Positions 16,870 through 26,549 of a DNA stretch of 64,000 nt are shown here, in pieces. The stretch's first letter is position 1; every line of letters begins with the position of its first letter. The stretch is from Acidobacteriota bacterium (GTDB lineage Bacteria; Acidobacteriota; UBA890; WLXD01), in assembly GCA_963666215.2 (NCBI GenBank), contig CAXWPL010000003.1:1-64000 (forward strand). Reading direction: 5' to 3'. The notes below the pieces were generated by a model that saw only the letters and a list, made by a program, of their open reading frames with translations, was not told the origin of the DNA and made no database searches. Made by a program: the position numbers and the translations under genes.

Positions 16870-19332
16870 ATGCAAAACCCGTTTGCTCGAGCCGCCCATC
16901 GCCTGCCCGCACTCCTGATCGCCACGGTCCTGGCTGCCGCCTGGGCCAGCCCGGCCGCCGCCCAGGTTGGCTACGGCCGAGCCTCGGCGGTCGGCGACAA
17001 TGAAGCCTTCGTGGGCGAACCAGGCAACCTGATCGAGCCTGGGGCTGTTTACGTGTACACACCGGGCTCGGGCGGCTGGGACGAGAGACAGCGACTGACC
17101 GCGTCAGACGGAGTGGAAAACGACGGTTTCGGGAGGTCGATCGCCACGGGCGACAACCTGCTGGTGGTCGGAGCGAACGTCGCCGGCTCGGCGTACGTGT
17201 TCACCAAGGTCGACGGCAAGTGGCATGAGTCGGCCCGACTCGACCCTGGCGTGGCCGGCCGTACGGGCTTCGGTCGCGCGGTCGCCGTCGCCGACAACAC
17301 GGCCGTCATCGGCGCGCCCGACCTCAACGGCGGGCGCGGCGCCGTTTTCGTGTTCCGACGCGAAGGCGAAACCTGGCGTCGCCTGGCAACGCTCGAGGGA
17401 GACGGCAGTGAACAATCGGAGACCACCGACGGCGACATCACCGAGCGCCCCGAGGGGTTCGGTACGAACGTCGCCATCGACGGCGACTGGGCCCTGGTCG
17501 GGGCTCCGGGTGGCGCCGCCGACCTTTTCTTGGGAACGATGTTCAGCAGCGGCCCGGCCTCGGGCAGTGCGTACCTATTCCATCGCGATTCCAACACGGG
17601 CACATGGGAACGCACCGACAAGCTCAACGCGCCGGGTGACGCCAAAGGAACCCTGTTCGGCAGCGCGGTAGCCGTGCAGGGCGATGAAGCCATGATCGGC
17701 GCTGAGGCGGCGCAACAATTCCGAGGCGCGGTGTTCACCTACCATCGCGCCGACGACGGCTGGGACGCCAGCGCGACCCTGGGCGCATTCGACGCGCGCC
17801 CGCGATCCAACTTTGGTGCAGCCCTCGCCATGTTCGGCGACGAGCTGCTGGTGGGCGCCCCTGGCGCCGGCGTCAACCGACTCGAGGGACGTGTGTATCG
17901 GTTCGTGCGCGGCAGCAGCGGCGAGTGGGCCGGCTCCACCAAGCTTGGTTCGGCCGGCCTGAAGTGGGGCTCGACATACGGCGCGAGTGTCGCTCTGCGA
18001 GGCGACATAGCGGTGGCCGGCCTGTCGGGCGACGACTACGGCGCCGGCAGCGCCGTGATCCTGACACGCGTCGACTCCGGCTGGGATCGCTCGCGCGTCC
18101 TGAGCGAGGCCCGCGGGCTGCCCTCGATCACCGGCACCGGCCTGCCGTGCACCCAGGGCAAGGCCGGGATCTTTCCGTGCGACAACGTTGAGCTGGTTTC
18201 GTTCCTGCCGATCAGCGAGATCGGTGGGGGCCGTGGCGTCACGATCAACGATCTGTGGGGCTGGACCGATCCCGAGACCGATCGCGAGTACGTGGTTGCC
18301 GGTCTTCGCGACAGCACCACGTTCGTCGATGTCACCGACGAGAGCCATCCGATCTTCGTCGGCAAGCTGCCAAAAGCCCAGGAGTCGCCTGCCAGCCTGT
18401 GGCGCGACGTGAAGGTCTACAACAACACCGCGCTGATCGCCGCCGACGCTTCGGGCCCTCACGGCGTGCAGTTCTTCGACCTCACCCAGCTACGCGCTTA
18501 CGACGGAACGCCCATCGTCTTCGAGGAGTCCAATCGGTATCGCGGCACGCACTCCACCCACAATCTGAACGTCAACGCCGAGTCGTCCTTCGCCTACGCA
18601 GTAGGCAACAGCGCGGGCGGCGAGACCTGCGGTGGCGCGTTACACATGATCAACATCGAGGATCCGCGCGACCCGATCTTCGCCGGCTGCTTCGAGCCGG
18701 TTGTCGCCGCCGGGCAGCGCCCCGCCGGCACGCACGACGTTCAATGCGTCAATTACGCTGGCCCCGACACCCGCTACGCGGGCCAGGAGCTCTGTTTCAG
18801 CTCCGATTCACGCGCGTTCTCGATCAGCAACGTCACCGACAAGCGCAACCCGTCGCTCGTCGCGTCGTCGAGCTACCCCAACCTGGCGTACACCCACCAG
18901 GGCTGGCTCGACGAAGACCACCGCTATTTCTACATGAACGACGAGGGCGACGAAGCGGCCGGACTGGTGGAGGGAACGCGCACACTGATCTGGGACGTCC
19001 AGGACCTCGAGGACCCGATCCTGGTGAGCGAGTACACCACCGACAACCCAGCCACTGACCACAACCTCTACATCGTGGGCGACGTGATGTACCAGTCGAA
19101 CTACCGCAGCGGGCTGCGCGTGGTCGACATCACCGATCGTGAAAACCCGACTGCCCTCGGTTACTTTGACACCGTCCCATGGGGCACAGAAGAAGGCATG
19201 GGCGACATCGTCTCGGGCGGCATCGGTTCCTGGAGCAACTACCCGTTCTTCAAGAGCGGCATCATCGCCGTGAGCAGCAGCAAGGAAGGGCTCTTCATCC
19301 TGCGACTCGGCAACAGCGACGACCGGCCGTAG
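16870..19332 (+). CDS. Choice-of-anchor B family protein with N-terminal FG-GAP repeats
   Basis: Probable start MQNPFAR (signal peptide ending ASPAAA-Q); 'FGRAVA..IGAP' repeats; 'NDLWGWTDPETDREY', 'WRDVKVY', 'YTHQGW', 'YQSNYRSGLRV', 'WSNYPFFKSG'. Confidence 0.88.
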   Translation: MQNPFARAAHRLPALLIATVLAAAWASPAAAQVGYGRASAVGDNEAFVGEPGNLIEPGAVYVYTPGSGGWDERQRLTASDGVENDGFGRSIATGDNLLVVGANVAGSAYVFTKVDGKWHESARLDPGVAGRTGFGRAVAVADNTAVIGAPDLNGGRGAVFVFRREGETWRRLATLEGDGSEQSETTDGDITERPEGFGTNVAIDGDWALVGAPGGAADLFLGTMFSSGPASGSAYLFHRDSNTGTWERTDKLNAPGDAKGTLFGSAVAVQGDEAMIGAEAAQQFRGAVFTYHRADDGWDASATLGAFDARPRSNFGAALAMFGDELLVGAPGAGVNRLEGRVYRFVRGSSGEWAGSTKLGSAGLKWGSTYGASVALRGDIAVAGLSGDDYGAGSAVILTRVDSGWDRSRVLSEARGLPSITGTGLPCTQGKAGIFPCDNVELVSFLPISEIGGGRGVTINDLWGWTDPETDREYVVAGLRDSTTFVDVTDESHPIFVGKLPKAQESPASLWRDVKVYNNTALIAADASGPHGVQFFDLTQLRAYDGTPIVFEESNRYRGTHSTHNLNVNAESSFAYAVGNSAGGETCGGALHMINIEDPRDPIFAGCFEPVVAAGQRPAGTHDVQCVNYAGPDTRYAGQELCFSSDSRAFSISNVTDKRNPSLVASSSYPNLAYTHQGWLDEDHRYFYMNDEGDEAAGLVEGTRTLIWDVQDLEDPILVSEYTTDNPATDHNLYIVGDVMYQSNYRSGLRVVDITDRENPTALGYFDTVPWGTEEGMGDIVSGGIGSWSNYPFFKSGIIAVSSSKEGLFILRLGNSDDRP

Positions 19333-19408
19333 CGGCTCAGCTTGTCCATCAAGGCCTGATACCGCGCGAACCCCGGCATGATGTAGAGAGTGAGGTCAGA
19401 CGGTCGGG

Positions 19409-21151
19409 CTACGCTGCGTGCACCGTGCGGCCACCGATCACGGTGCGAGCAACCCCGATCTCCTTGATGCGATCGGGGTCCACGTCGTGCGGATCTTCTT
19501 CTAGAACCACGAAGTCGGCCAGCTTGCCGGGGCTGATCGAGCCTTTCGTGTTTTCCTCGAAGGAGGCGTGGGCGCCGTTGACCGTGCAGATGCGCAGCGC
19601 TTCGTCCACGGTGATGCGCTGGTTCGGACCCCAGACCCGCCCATCGAAGTCCTTGCGAGTGACCATGCTCTGGATCGCCATCAGCGGCTCGTACGGACCC
19701 GGAATGTAGTCGGACGCGCCGGCCACCGGGATTCCGGTGTCGAGGAAGGAGCGGTGGGCGAACATCGAGCGCATCTTCTCCTGCCCGTACTCCAGCCACT
19801 TGTTGCCGTGGTAGTGGACGTATGTGTAGAACGGCGTCGGGATCGCTCCCACCGCCTTGATACGAGCCAGTAGATCGTCGTTGATCAGCGAACAATGCTC
19901 TAAACGGTGCCGCGGGTCGGGCCGCGGCCACAGCCTCTGGACTCGTTCGTAGGCGTTGAGCACCATGTCGATGGCCACATCCCCGTTGGCGTGGATGCCC
20001 ACCTGGAAACGGCCGCGGTGCGCCGCCTCGACCACCTCGTGGATCTGCTCCTGACTCATCGTCAGGATTCCGTAGTCGTCTGGGCGACCGACGTACGGGG
20101 TGCTCATACGCATCGTGCGTTCGGACGCCGACCCATCGGCGCCGTACTTGACTGCGCCGATGCGGAACCAGTCGTCGCCGAAGCCAGTGTACAGCCCGGC
20201 GGCCTTGAAGGTCTCGTAGATTCCGCCGCGCAGCAGCATGTAGATGCGGCACGACAGCTCGCCGGCGGCGTACGCATCCTGGTACGCCGTGGCGAAGTCG
20301 GCGCCCACTCCGGCATCGTGCACCGAGGTCAACCCCGCGGCCGCCATCAGCGCGGTCATGAGCTTGATCGCGACCTGCCGCTGCTCCCGAGTGGTGTCGT
20401 CGGGCATGAAGGGTGAGAACACGTCGTTGGCCCGCTCGGCAACACGTCCGGTCAGCTCTCCGTCTTCGCGGAAGAAGCGACCGTGCTCCGGATCGGGTGT
20501 GCTGTTGGTAACGCCGGCAAGGCCGAGAGCGCGCGAGTTCACCCACGTGGTGTGACCCCCGCGGTGCCGTACCAGCACCGGGTGGTCTGGTACCGCCTCG
20601 TCGAGATCGCGCCGGTGGAGCTGCCGGCCATCGACGACCTTGGTGTCGTCGTACTTGAAGCCGAGAATCCACTCACCTTCCGGCGTGGCCTCGGCGCGCA
20701 AGCGCAGCGCGTCCTGGATCTCGCGGATGCTCCGCAGGTCGAGGTTGACCTGCGTCAGCTCGTTGATGCCGCCCCATCCCGGGTGGGAGTGCGCATCGAT
20801 GAAGCCCGGGACGACGGTCATGCCCCCAGCGTCGAGGATCTCGGTGTCGGGACCGGCCAGCCCGCCCAACTCGCGCGCGCCGCCGAGCGCGACAAAACGA
20901 TCGCCCTTGACGGCGAGCTCCACCGCTTTGGGGCGCATCCCGTCGACGGTGTAGATGCGGGCGTTGGTCACAATCAGATCGGCATTCGCCTGGGCCGCTC
21001 CCCTACTCCCCATAACCGTCCCAGCGCTCGATCCAGTGCCGCTGGGCACTGGCGCCATCGTCGACTCCGCCCCCGCCCCTTTCGGCAACACCACGCCCGC
21101 CGCCCAAGCGGCACCGAACCCAACGAACTCCCCGCGCGTCAGTCTTCGCAT
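19409..21151 (-). CDS. Amidohydrolase 3 family (YtcJ-like) protein with Tat-like leader
   Basis: 'VVPGFIDAHSH', 'IHANGD', 'HRLEHCS', 'GASD', 'GSISPGKLADFVVL'; N-terminus MRRLTRGEF followed by a hydrophobic stretch. Confidence 0.9.
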   Translation of the reverse strand: MRRLTRGEFVGFGAAWAAGVVLPKGAGAESTMAPVPSGTGSSAGTVMGSRGAAQANADLIVTNARIYTVDGMRPKAVELAVKGDRFVALGGARELGGLAGPDTEILDAGGMTVVPGFIDAHSHPGWGGINELTQVNLDLRSIREIQDALRLRAEATPEGEWILGFKYDDTKVVDGRQLHRRDLDEAVPDHPVLVRHRGGHTTWVNSRALGLAGVTNSTPDPEHGRFFREDGELTGRVAERANDVFSPFMPDDTTREQRQVAIKLMTALMAAAGLTSVHDAGVGADFATAYQDAYAAGELSCRIYMLLRGGIYETFKAAGLYTGFGDDWFRIGAVKYGADGSASERTMRMSTPYVGRPDDYGILTMSQEQIHEVVEAAHRGRFQVGIHANGDVAIDMVLNAYERVQRLWPRPDPRHRLEHCSLINDDLLARIKAVGAIPTPFYTYVHYHGNKWLEYGQEKMRSMFAHRSFLDTGIPVAGASDYIPGPYEPLMAIQSMVTRKDFDGRVWGPNQRITVDEALRICTVNGAHASFEENTKGSISPGKLADFVVLEEDPHDVDPDRIKEIGVARTVIGGRTVHAA

Positions 21152-21351
21152 CTCATCCTCTGGTCAGCGGTCACAGGCCATCGGTCACAGATCGCCCGCC
21201 AGTGTACTGTTGCCCTCCCCTGGACTGAACTCGCGCCGAGAATCCGTCGAATTCCCATTGAAATGAATCGCTGCTCCCGCCCATCGATCAACGCGATCGA
21301 CGACCGGGCGCCCGCCCCCGCCCCCGAGAGCTACGCCAAGGCGAGCCTGGC

Positions 21352-22620
21352 ATGAGCCACGACACAGCCGCTACGCCCGCACCCGTAGCAGCGCCCGAAG
21401 TAGCGGCGCGACGTCGCGCCAGCGAGCGCTTGGAGTTGGTGCAGGCGGCCATCGTGCCGCAGGTCGGCGCGCTGATCGGCGCCCATCCGGGCACCATCTC
21501 GCTCGGCCAGGGCATCGTGGGCTACGGGCCACCGCCAGGCGTCGAGAAACGACTCGCCAGCTTCTTCGCGGTTCCTGCAAACCATGAGTACGGCGAGGTC
21601 CCGGGAACGCCTGCGTTGATCGCGGCGCTGGCCGAGAAGCTGGGCGGCGAGAATGGCATCGATGTCGACGCGAACGGCGGCGACCACACCCTCGTCGTCA
21701 CCGCCGGCTCGAACATGGCCTTCCTGAACTCCGTGCTCGCCGTTGCCGATCCGGGTGACGAGATCGTGTTGCTACGGCCCTTCTACTTCAATCACGAGAT
21801 GGCGATTCGTATCGCCGGCTGCACGCCTGTCTTCGTCGACACTGACGCGCGTCATCAGCCAAACGTGAGCGCCATCGAGGCCGCCATCACCGAGCGCACG
21901 CGGGCAATCGTGACGGTATCGCCCAACAACCCCACCGGTGCGGTGTACTCGCGCGACGTCCTGCTGCGGATTAACGAGATGTGCGGCCGTCGCGGCCTGT
22001 ACCACTTCAGCGACGAGGCCTATGAGTACTTCCTCTACGGCGACGCCGAGCACGTCTCCCCGGGGGCGTTTCCGGGCGCCGCTGACCATACGATTTCCTT
22101 CTACACGCTCTCCAAGTCCTACGGCTTCGCCGGCTGGCGCCTCGGCTACGTGGTCGCGCCGGCCCACCTGGCCGACGCCCTGCTCAAGATCCAGGACACC
22201 AACGTCATCTGTGCCGCGACGATCAGCCAGGACGGGGCGCTCGCCGCTCTCGAGGCAGGCCCCGAGTACTGCCGTTCCCATCTTGTCGAGCTGGCAGCGG
22301 TGCGCGAGATCGTACTTGCCGAGCTTGACGGGCTCGACCCGGCCTGCCGTCGCCCGTTCGTCGCCGACGGAGCGTTCTACGTTCTGATCGAGATCGATCG
22401 CGACACCGGCGGCCTCGGCGAGCTGTCGGATTGGGATGTCAACGCCCGCCTCATCAGCGAGTTCGGAGTCGCCACTCTCCCTGGACGCGCCTTCGGCAAC
22501 AGTGAGCGGTGCACGTTCCGCGTCGCCTACGGAAGCTTGGATCGAGCGACGGCCGCCGAGGGAATCGGGCGCCTGGTTCGCGGGCTGAACACGATCCTGG
22601 CGGATCACCGACAGGCCTAG
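21352..22620 (+). CDS. PLP-dependent aminotransferase class I/II
   Basis: 'ISLGQG', 'SPNNPTG', 'SDEAYEYF', 'SKSYGFAGWRLGY'. Confidence 0.93.
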   Translation: MSHDTAATPAPVAAPEVAARRRASERLELVQAAIVPQVGALIGAHPGTISLGQGIVGYGPPPGVEKRLASFFAVPANHEYGEVPGTPALIAALAEKLGGENGIDVDANGGDHTLVVTAGSNMAFLNSVLAVADPGDEIVLLRPFYFNHEMAIRIAGCTPVFVDTDARHQPNVSAIEAAITERTRAIVTVSPNNPTGAVYSRDVLLRINEMCGRRGLYHFSDEAYEYFLYGDAEHVSPGAFPGAADHTISFYTLSKSYGFAGWRLGYVVAPAHLADALLKIQDTNVICAATISQDGALAALEAGPEYCRSHLVELAAVREIVLAELDGLDPACRRPFVADGAFYVLIEIDRDTGGLGELSDWDVNARLISEFGVATLPGRAFGNSERCTFRVAYGSLDRATAAEGIGRLVRGLNTILADHRQA

Positions 22621-22704
22621 GGCGCGGCGCGGAAGGCGTAGCGAGCGAGGCGAAAGACCGAGCGCGCGGCCCCGAGCCTGGCGCGATCCGGGCCGAGCCC
22701 GCTG

Positions 22705-23892
22705 TCAGATCACGTTGCGCTCGAGAATCAACTCGCCGGCCGCGAATCGCTCGAACGAGAATCTGGAGAGATCGAGCGTGCGGTACTCGCCGTAGGTGAT
22801 CAGCTCGCTTATCGCCCTGCCAACAGCAGGCGACTGCTGCACACCGTGGCCGCTGAACCCGTTGGCGAACCAGAGATTCGTGACCTCGGGATGGGGGCCG
22901 AGGATGGCGTTGTGGTCGCGAACATTAACGGCGTAGTGCCCGGCCCAGACGCCCGTTCGTCGCACTGCGTCGAAGGCCGGGACGCGGTGGGCGAGCGCCG
23001 GCCAGACGACCTCGTCGAACGGCTCGAGATCGACATCGAAGTCGAGGCAGTCGGGATCCTGTTCCGCCGGAGGCGAAACTCCGCACAGGAACTGATGTCC
23101 CTCCGGCCGGAAATAGACCCCGGTCGGATCGATCACCAGCGGGCTGTTTTCTAGGACGTCGCGGCAGTGAATGACGTACACGATGCGCTTGCGCGGGTGC
23201 ACCGGTACCTCCACACCGGCCATGCGTGCCAGCGCCGCGGCCAGCACGCCCGTGGCGTTCACCAGCTCGCCGCAAGCAACGCGCTCGCCGTTTTGCAGCT
23301 CCACGGCCGTCACGCGGCCGCCGCCGTGCTGGAGGTCGAGGTCGATGACCTTCGCCTCGCGATACTCCACCCCAAGCGACTCGGCCTTGCGGCGGAAGCC
23401 CTGGCGCAGCGAGTGCGGATCGATCCACCCCTCGCCGCTCAGCCCCAGCGAGCCGGCCGCGAGGTCGTCGACGTTCATCCACGGGAAGCGCCCGTACAGC
23501 TCCGCTGGCGACAGCAGCGCCACTTCCACGCCGTGAGCGCGCTGCAGCAAGTGATTTTCGCGCAGCACCGGCATCCCGGCCTCGGTGGCGAGAAACAGAT
23601 AGCCAGCCTCCACCCGGGCCAGGTGCGGCCCCTCTCCTTCGACCTCCAAGAGGTGGACCGCGGCGCGAAAGAACTCGACGCCGAACTTGCCGATCTCGAT
23701 GTTCTCGGCGGTTGAGAACTGCTGCCGGAAGCCGCCCACCGAGAGGCTCGTGGAGGCACGCTCGAAGCTCAGATCCTTGTCGAGAACCAGTATCGACCTG
23801 CCGGATCCGCCGCGAACCCGGTCGGCGGCGGCCAGAAAGTACGCGATCGAGCTGCCGATAACCCCGCCGCCAACGATGCAAACGTCGTACAC
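22705..23892 (-). CDS. FAD-dependent oxidoreductase (DAO / sarcosine oxidase beta / FOXRED1-like)
   Basis: 'IVGGGVIGSSIAYFL', 'STSLSVGGFRQQFS', 'EGWIDP', 'NGFSGHGVQQSPAVGR'. Confidence 0.9.
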   Translation of the reverse strand: MYDVCIVGGGVIGSSIAYFLAAADRVRGGSGRSILVLDKDLSFERASTSLSVGGFRQQFSTAENIEIGKFGVEFFRAAVHLLEVEGEGPHLARVEAGYLFLATEAGMPVLRENHLLQRAHGVEVALLSPAELYGRFPWMNVDDLAAGSLGLSGEGWIDPHSLRQGFRRKAESLGVEYREAKVIDLDLQHGGGRVTAVELQNGERVACGELVNATGVLAAALARMAGVEVPVHPRKRIVYVIHCRDVLENSPLVIDPTGVYFRPEGHQFLCGVSPPAEQDPDCLDFDVDLEPFDEVVWPALAHRVPAFDAVRRTGVWAGHYAVNVRDHNAILGPHPEVTNLWFANGFSGHGVQQSPAVGRAISELITYGEYRTLDLSRFSFERFAAGELILERNVI

Positions 23893-23940
23893 GTCGTCGT
23901 GTGTCGCGGTCGTCGTATCCGGGGCCGAGATCGCGCCGGA

Positions 23941-24186
23941 TCAGCCGACGTCGTGAAAGTGGCCGTGCTCTTCGGACCACACGCGGCGAGTACTCGCGGG
24001 TGTGGCGGGGCCATCCGAACGCATCGACATGAAAACACCCACGGCGGCAAATCCAACGAGCAGGATCACGACCGCAATCAGCCCCTTCGAAACCATCGTC
24101 CGCTGGCGGCTCTCCTTGCCGTCACAGCAACGCTTGTACTTCTGTCCGCTGCCGCAGGGGCACGGTTCGTTTCGACCTACGCTCAT
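23941..24186 (-). CDS. Small SEC-C zinc-motif membrane protein
   Basis: Probable start MSVGRNEPCPCGSGQKYKRCC after GGAG; one TM helix; C-terminal 'VWSEEHGHFH'. Confidence 0.85.
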   Translation of the reverse strand: MSVGRNEPCPCGSGQKYKRCCDGKESRQRTMVSKGLIAVVILLVGFAAVGVFMSMRSDGPATPASTRRVWSEEHGHFHDVG

Positions 24187-24388
24187 GCCTGCTCCGCGCT
24201 TTGGGTGGCGGTCGTCGCCAGCTGGTCGATAGATGCAAACACGAAGTACTAGGAAGTTTCCAGCCCCTACACGCTCCGGTGAGCGCTCGCCATGGTCGGC
24301 TGGCAACCGCATCGGCTGCCACAGCCCGACCCTCAGCGCTACGCCGCGTGAGCAACCCCGCTGAGGCGCCCGTCGCGTTCAGGCCGCA

Positions 24389-24610
24389 GAAGCGGTAGAG
24401 GGCCTTGACGCGGAAGCTGCGGCCGTTCTGGAAGATCATGTCTTGGACATGCTCGACGGAGCCAGGATCGGCATACACCTCGTCGAAAGCGTTGTAGAGG
24501 CTGGCCGACAGGTCGATGTGGGGCAGAACCCGCTTGGCCAGCAGCGTGAAGTTGACAATCGCAAAGCCGGAGACGCGATCGCCGGCCAGAGTCTTGCGCT
24601 TGCTGGCAGC
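24389..24610 (-). pseudogene. C-terminal remnant of a TonB-dependent outer-membrane receptor
   Basis: Manual translation after TAG at 24611-24613: ..RKTLAGDRVSGFAIVNFTLLAKRVLPHIDLSASLYNAFDEVYADPGSVEHVQDMIFQNGRSFRVKALYRF. This is the typical TBDR ending (YNxFD...GRSF..xxxYRF); the codon after Phe is TGC instead of a stop. Confidence 0.75.
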
Positions 24611-25452
24611 CTAATCGGAAGTCCAATACCCTTTAAAAGGCTGTTTTGAACAGTGACAGATATCTTTAGTCGTTTATGGCCACTGCACGTGTCGAGACGA
24701 GGCGCTCCGAAGAAACAGATCCAAACACGACGCCAAGCGGTTTCCAGCCGCTCGACGCGTGAAGCCATGGATCAGCATCGTGGCATCAGCTCTCCCGTTG
24801 AAGAACGTAGCGGCGCACGTACTCGGTGCCCTGCTCGTCGAGCCAGCTACCGAGCACATAGTCGAGGCCGATGTCGGTGACGGTAAAGCTCTCGGGCATC
24901 TCGATCGTGCCCAGCCAGGTCCCGTCGGCACTGAAGATTGTCCAGCGTGCAACGTTCTCCCAGGCGCGAACAAAACCGCGCACCCAGACCGCCCCATCGG
25001 GATCGACCCGGAACGCGATCCACTGGCCGTCGGGCGACCACTCCGGCCCGCTGTCGGACCCGTCGCCAACGACGAGCCCACGACTCTCGCCCGATGCCAT
25101 GTCGAGCACGTAGATGTCGCTGTGCTGGAATGACAGGAGTTGCGAATCGGGCTGACGCACGTAGGCGATTTGGGTGCCGTCCGGCGACCACCGCGGCGAC
25201 ATCGAGCTACCGTCGGCAGTGCGCGTCAATTGAAACGAATCGCCGTCAGCCGCGGCGATCCAGATCTCTGTGTCGTAGCCGTTTTCGTCCCAATCCGTGC
25301 TGCGCACCGTGTAGGCGACCCGCTCCCCATCCGGCGAGATCTCCACCCCACCGACGCTCTCGAGCGACAGCACGTCTTCGAACGAGGGCACGTTCGCCTC
25401 ATCCTGGGCTCCGAGAGCAAGCGACGTGGGCAGCATCAGCAGCACGACTAGC

Positions 25453-26495
25453 TGTGAGTTCTAGGTAGGTTGTTCACGAACTCACCCCTGAGAGCCGAGC
25501 GATCGGCGGTGTCATGCCGATGCCGGCGTGGGGACGGTGACGATTGTAGTGGTTGAGCCAGGGCCGTAGAGCTCGAGTACGTCGAGCTGAGGTCTGGTAG
25601 CAGGTGCCGTAGGCCCACTGCTCCTTGAGTGTGCGGATGAAGCGTTCGGCTTTGCCGTTGGTTCTGGGGGTGTAGGGCCGGGTGTAAATGTGCCGGATCT
25701 CGAGTTGATGGCATAGGCGATTGAAGCGCTTCGAGACGTAGCCAGGCCCGTTGTCTGTCATCACTCGGCGCACCGCTACTCCCATCGAAGCGAAGTGCTC
25801 GACGGCTCGCTGCAGGAACGCTGTGCAGGTGTGTTGGTCTTCGGCGGGCAGCACTTCGACGTACGCCACCCGAGAGTGATCGTCGATAGCGACGTGGGCG
25901 TTCTCCCAGCCGACGCCGTAGGCCCGCTTGGAGCGGTCGCCGTGGATGCGGTGTCCAGGTCGCCGGATACGGGCCAGTTTCTTCGTATCCAGGTGCAGTA
26001 GGTCACCGGGGTGCTCGTACTCGTAGCGAACGATCTCGGGCTTGGGCTCGAGCGCATCAAGCTTGGCGAGTCCGAGCCGCTTCAGCCACGCCGAGACGGT
26101 CGAGCGCGGCACAGCCAACCTTCGGCTGATCTGCCAGGCCGTCAGTCGCCGCCGACGTAGCTTGTCGATCTGCCTCACAACTCCAGCACTTGTTGCGTGC
26201 GGACAGCACGTCGGCCGGCTTGATCGATCGAGCAGCCCGGCCTCACCTTCTCGCTCGTATCTATCCAGCCACTTGTAAACCGTTCGAGCCGACACGCCGA
26301 GCGCCGCCGCCGTTTCCGTCACGGGCTCCGCCCGCTCCCGGACTCGGCGGACCATCTCTCGGCGTATATACGGCGTCGTGCGGGCGTTACCATGCAGCTG
26401 CATCGGGCGCTCCTTCTGAGGTCGTGGAGTCTTTTGAACAACCCCATTGATCTCAGAAGTGAGCCCCGATGTGAACAACCTACTTAGAAAACACA
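25453..26495 (-). mobile_element. IS481-family insertion sequence, copy 2 (1043 bp)
   Basis: Same IRs as copy 1; perfect 6-bp TSD ACTAGC (25447-25452 and 26496-26501). Confidence 0.98.
25474..26403 (-). CDS. IS481-family DDE transposase (copy 2, intact)
   Basis: Same protein as copy 3; DDE motifs intact. Confidence 0.95.
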   Translation of the reverse strand: MQLHGNARTTPYIRREMVRRVRERAEPVTETAAALGVSARTVYKWLDRYEREGEAGLLDRSSRPTCCPHATSAGVVRQIDKLRRRRLTAWQISRRLAVPRSTVSAWLKRLGLAKLDALEPKPEIVRYEYEHPGDLLHLDTKKLARIRRPGHRIHGDRSKRAYGVGWENAHVAIDDHSRVAYVEVLPAEDQHTCTAFLQRAVEHFASMGVAVRRVMTDNGPGYVSKRFNRLCHQLEIRHIYTRPYTPRTNGKAERFIRTLKEQWAYGTCYQTSARRTRALRPWLNHYNRHRPHAGIGMTPPIARLSGVSS

Positions 26496-26549
26496 ACTAG
26501 CGAGATCCTCTTCATGAGACCTGCTCCAATCGGATTGTTCGGCCTTCTC

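Larger units (their letters stand above)
24786..26515 (-). pseudogene. Chimeric secreted propeller gene (S9 peptidase-type PD40 N-terminus fused to a 6-bladed propeller C-terminus), split by IS481 in its signal peptide
   Basis: Removing the IS and one TSD restores ATG(26515) MKRISLVVLLMLPTSLALGAQ with GGAG RBS; 'ISPDG/WSPDG' repeats; abrupt switch near 25010 to 'RVDPDGAVWV...DIGLDYVLGSWLDEQGTEYVRRY'; no peptidase domain. Confidence 0.75.

Noticed and set aside
2662-22640. Exact 16-mer CGGCGCGGAAGGCGTA at 2662 and 22625, each just after a TAG stop
   Set aside because: Only two copies, not palindromic, and about one such match is expected by chance in 64 kb of GC-rich DNA.
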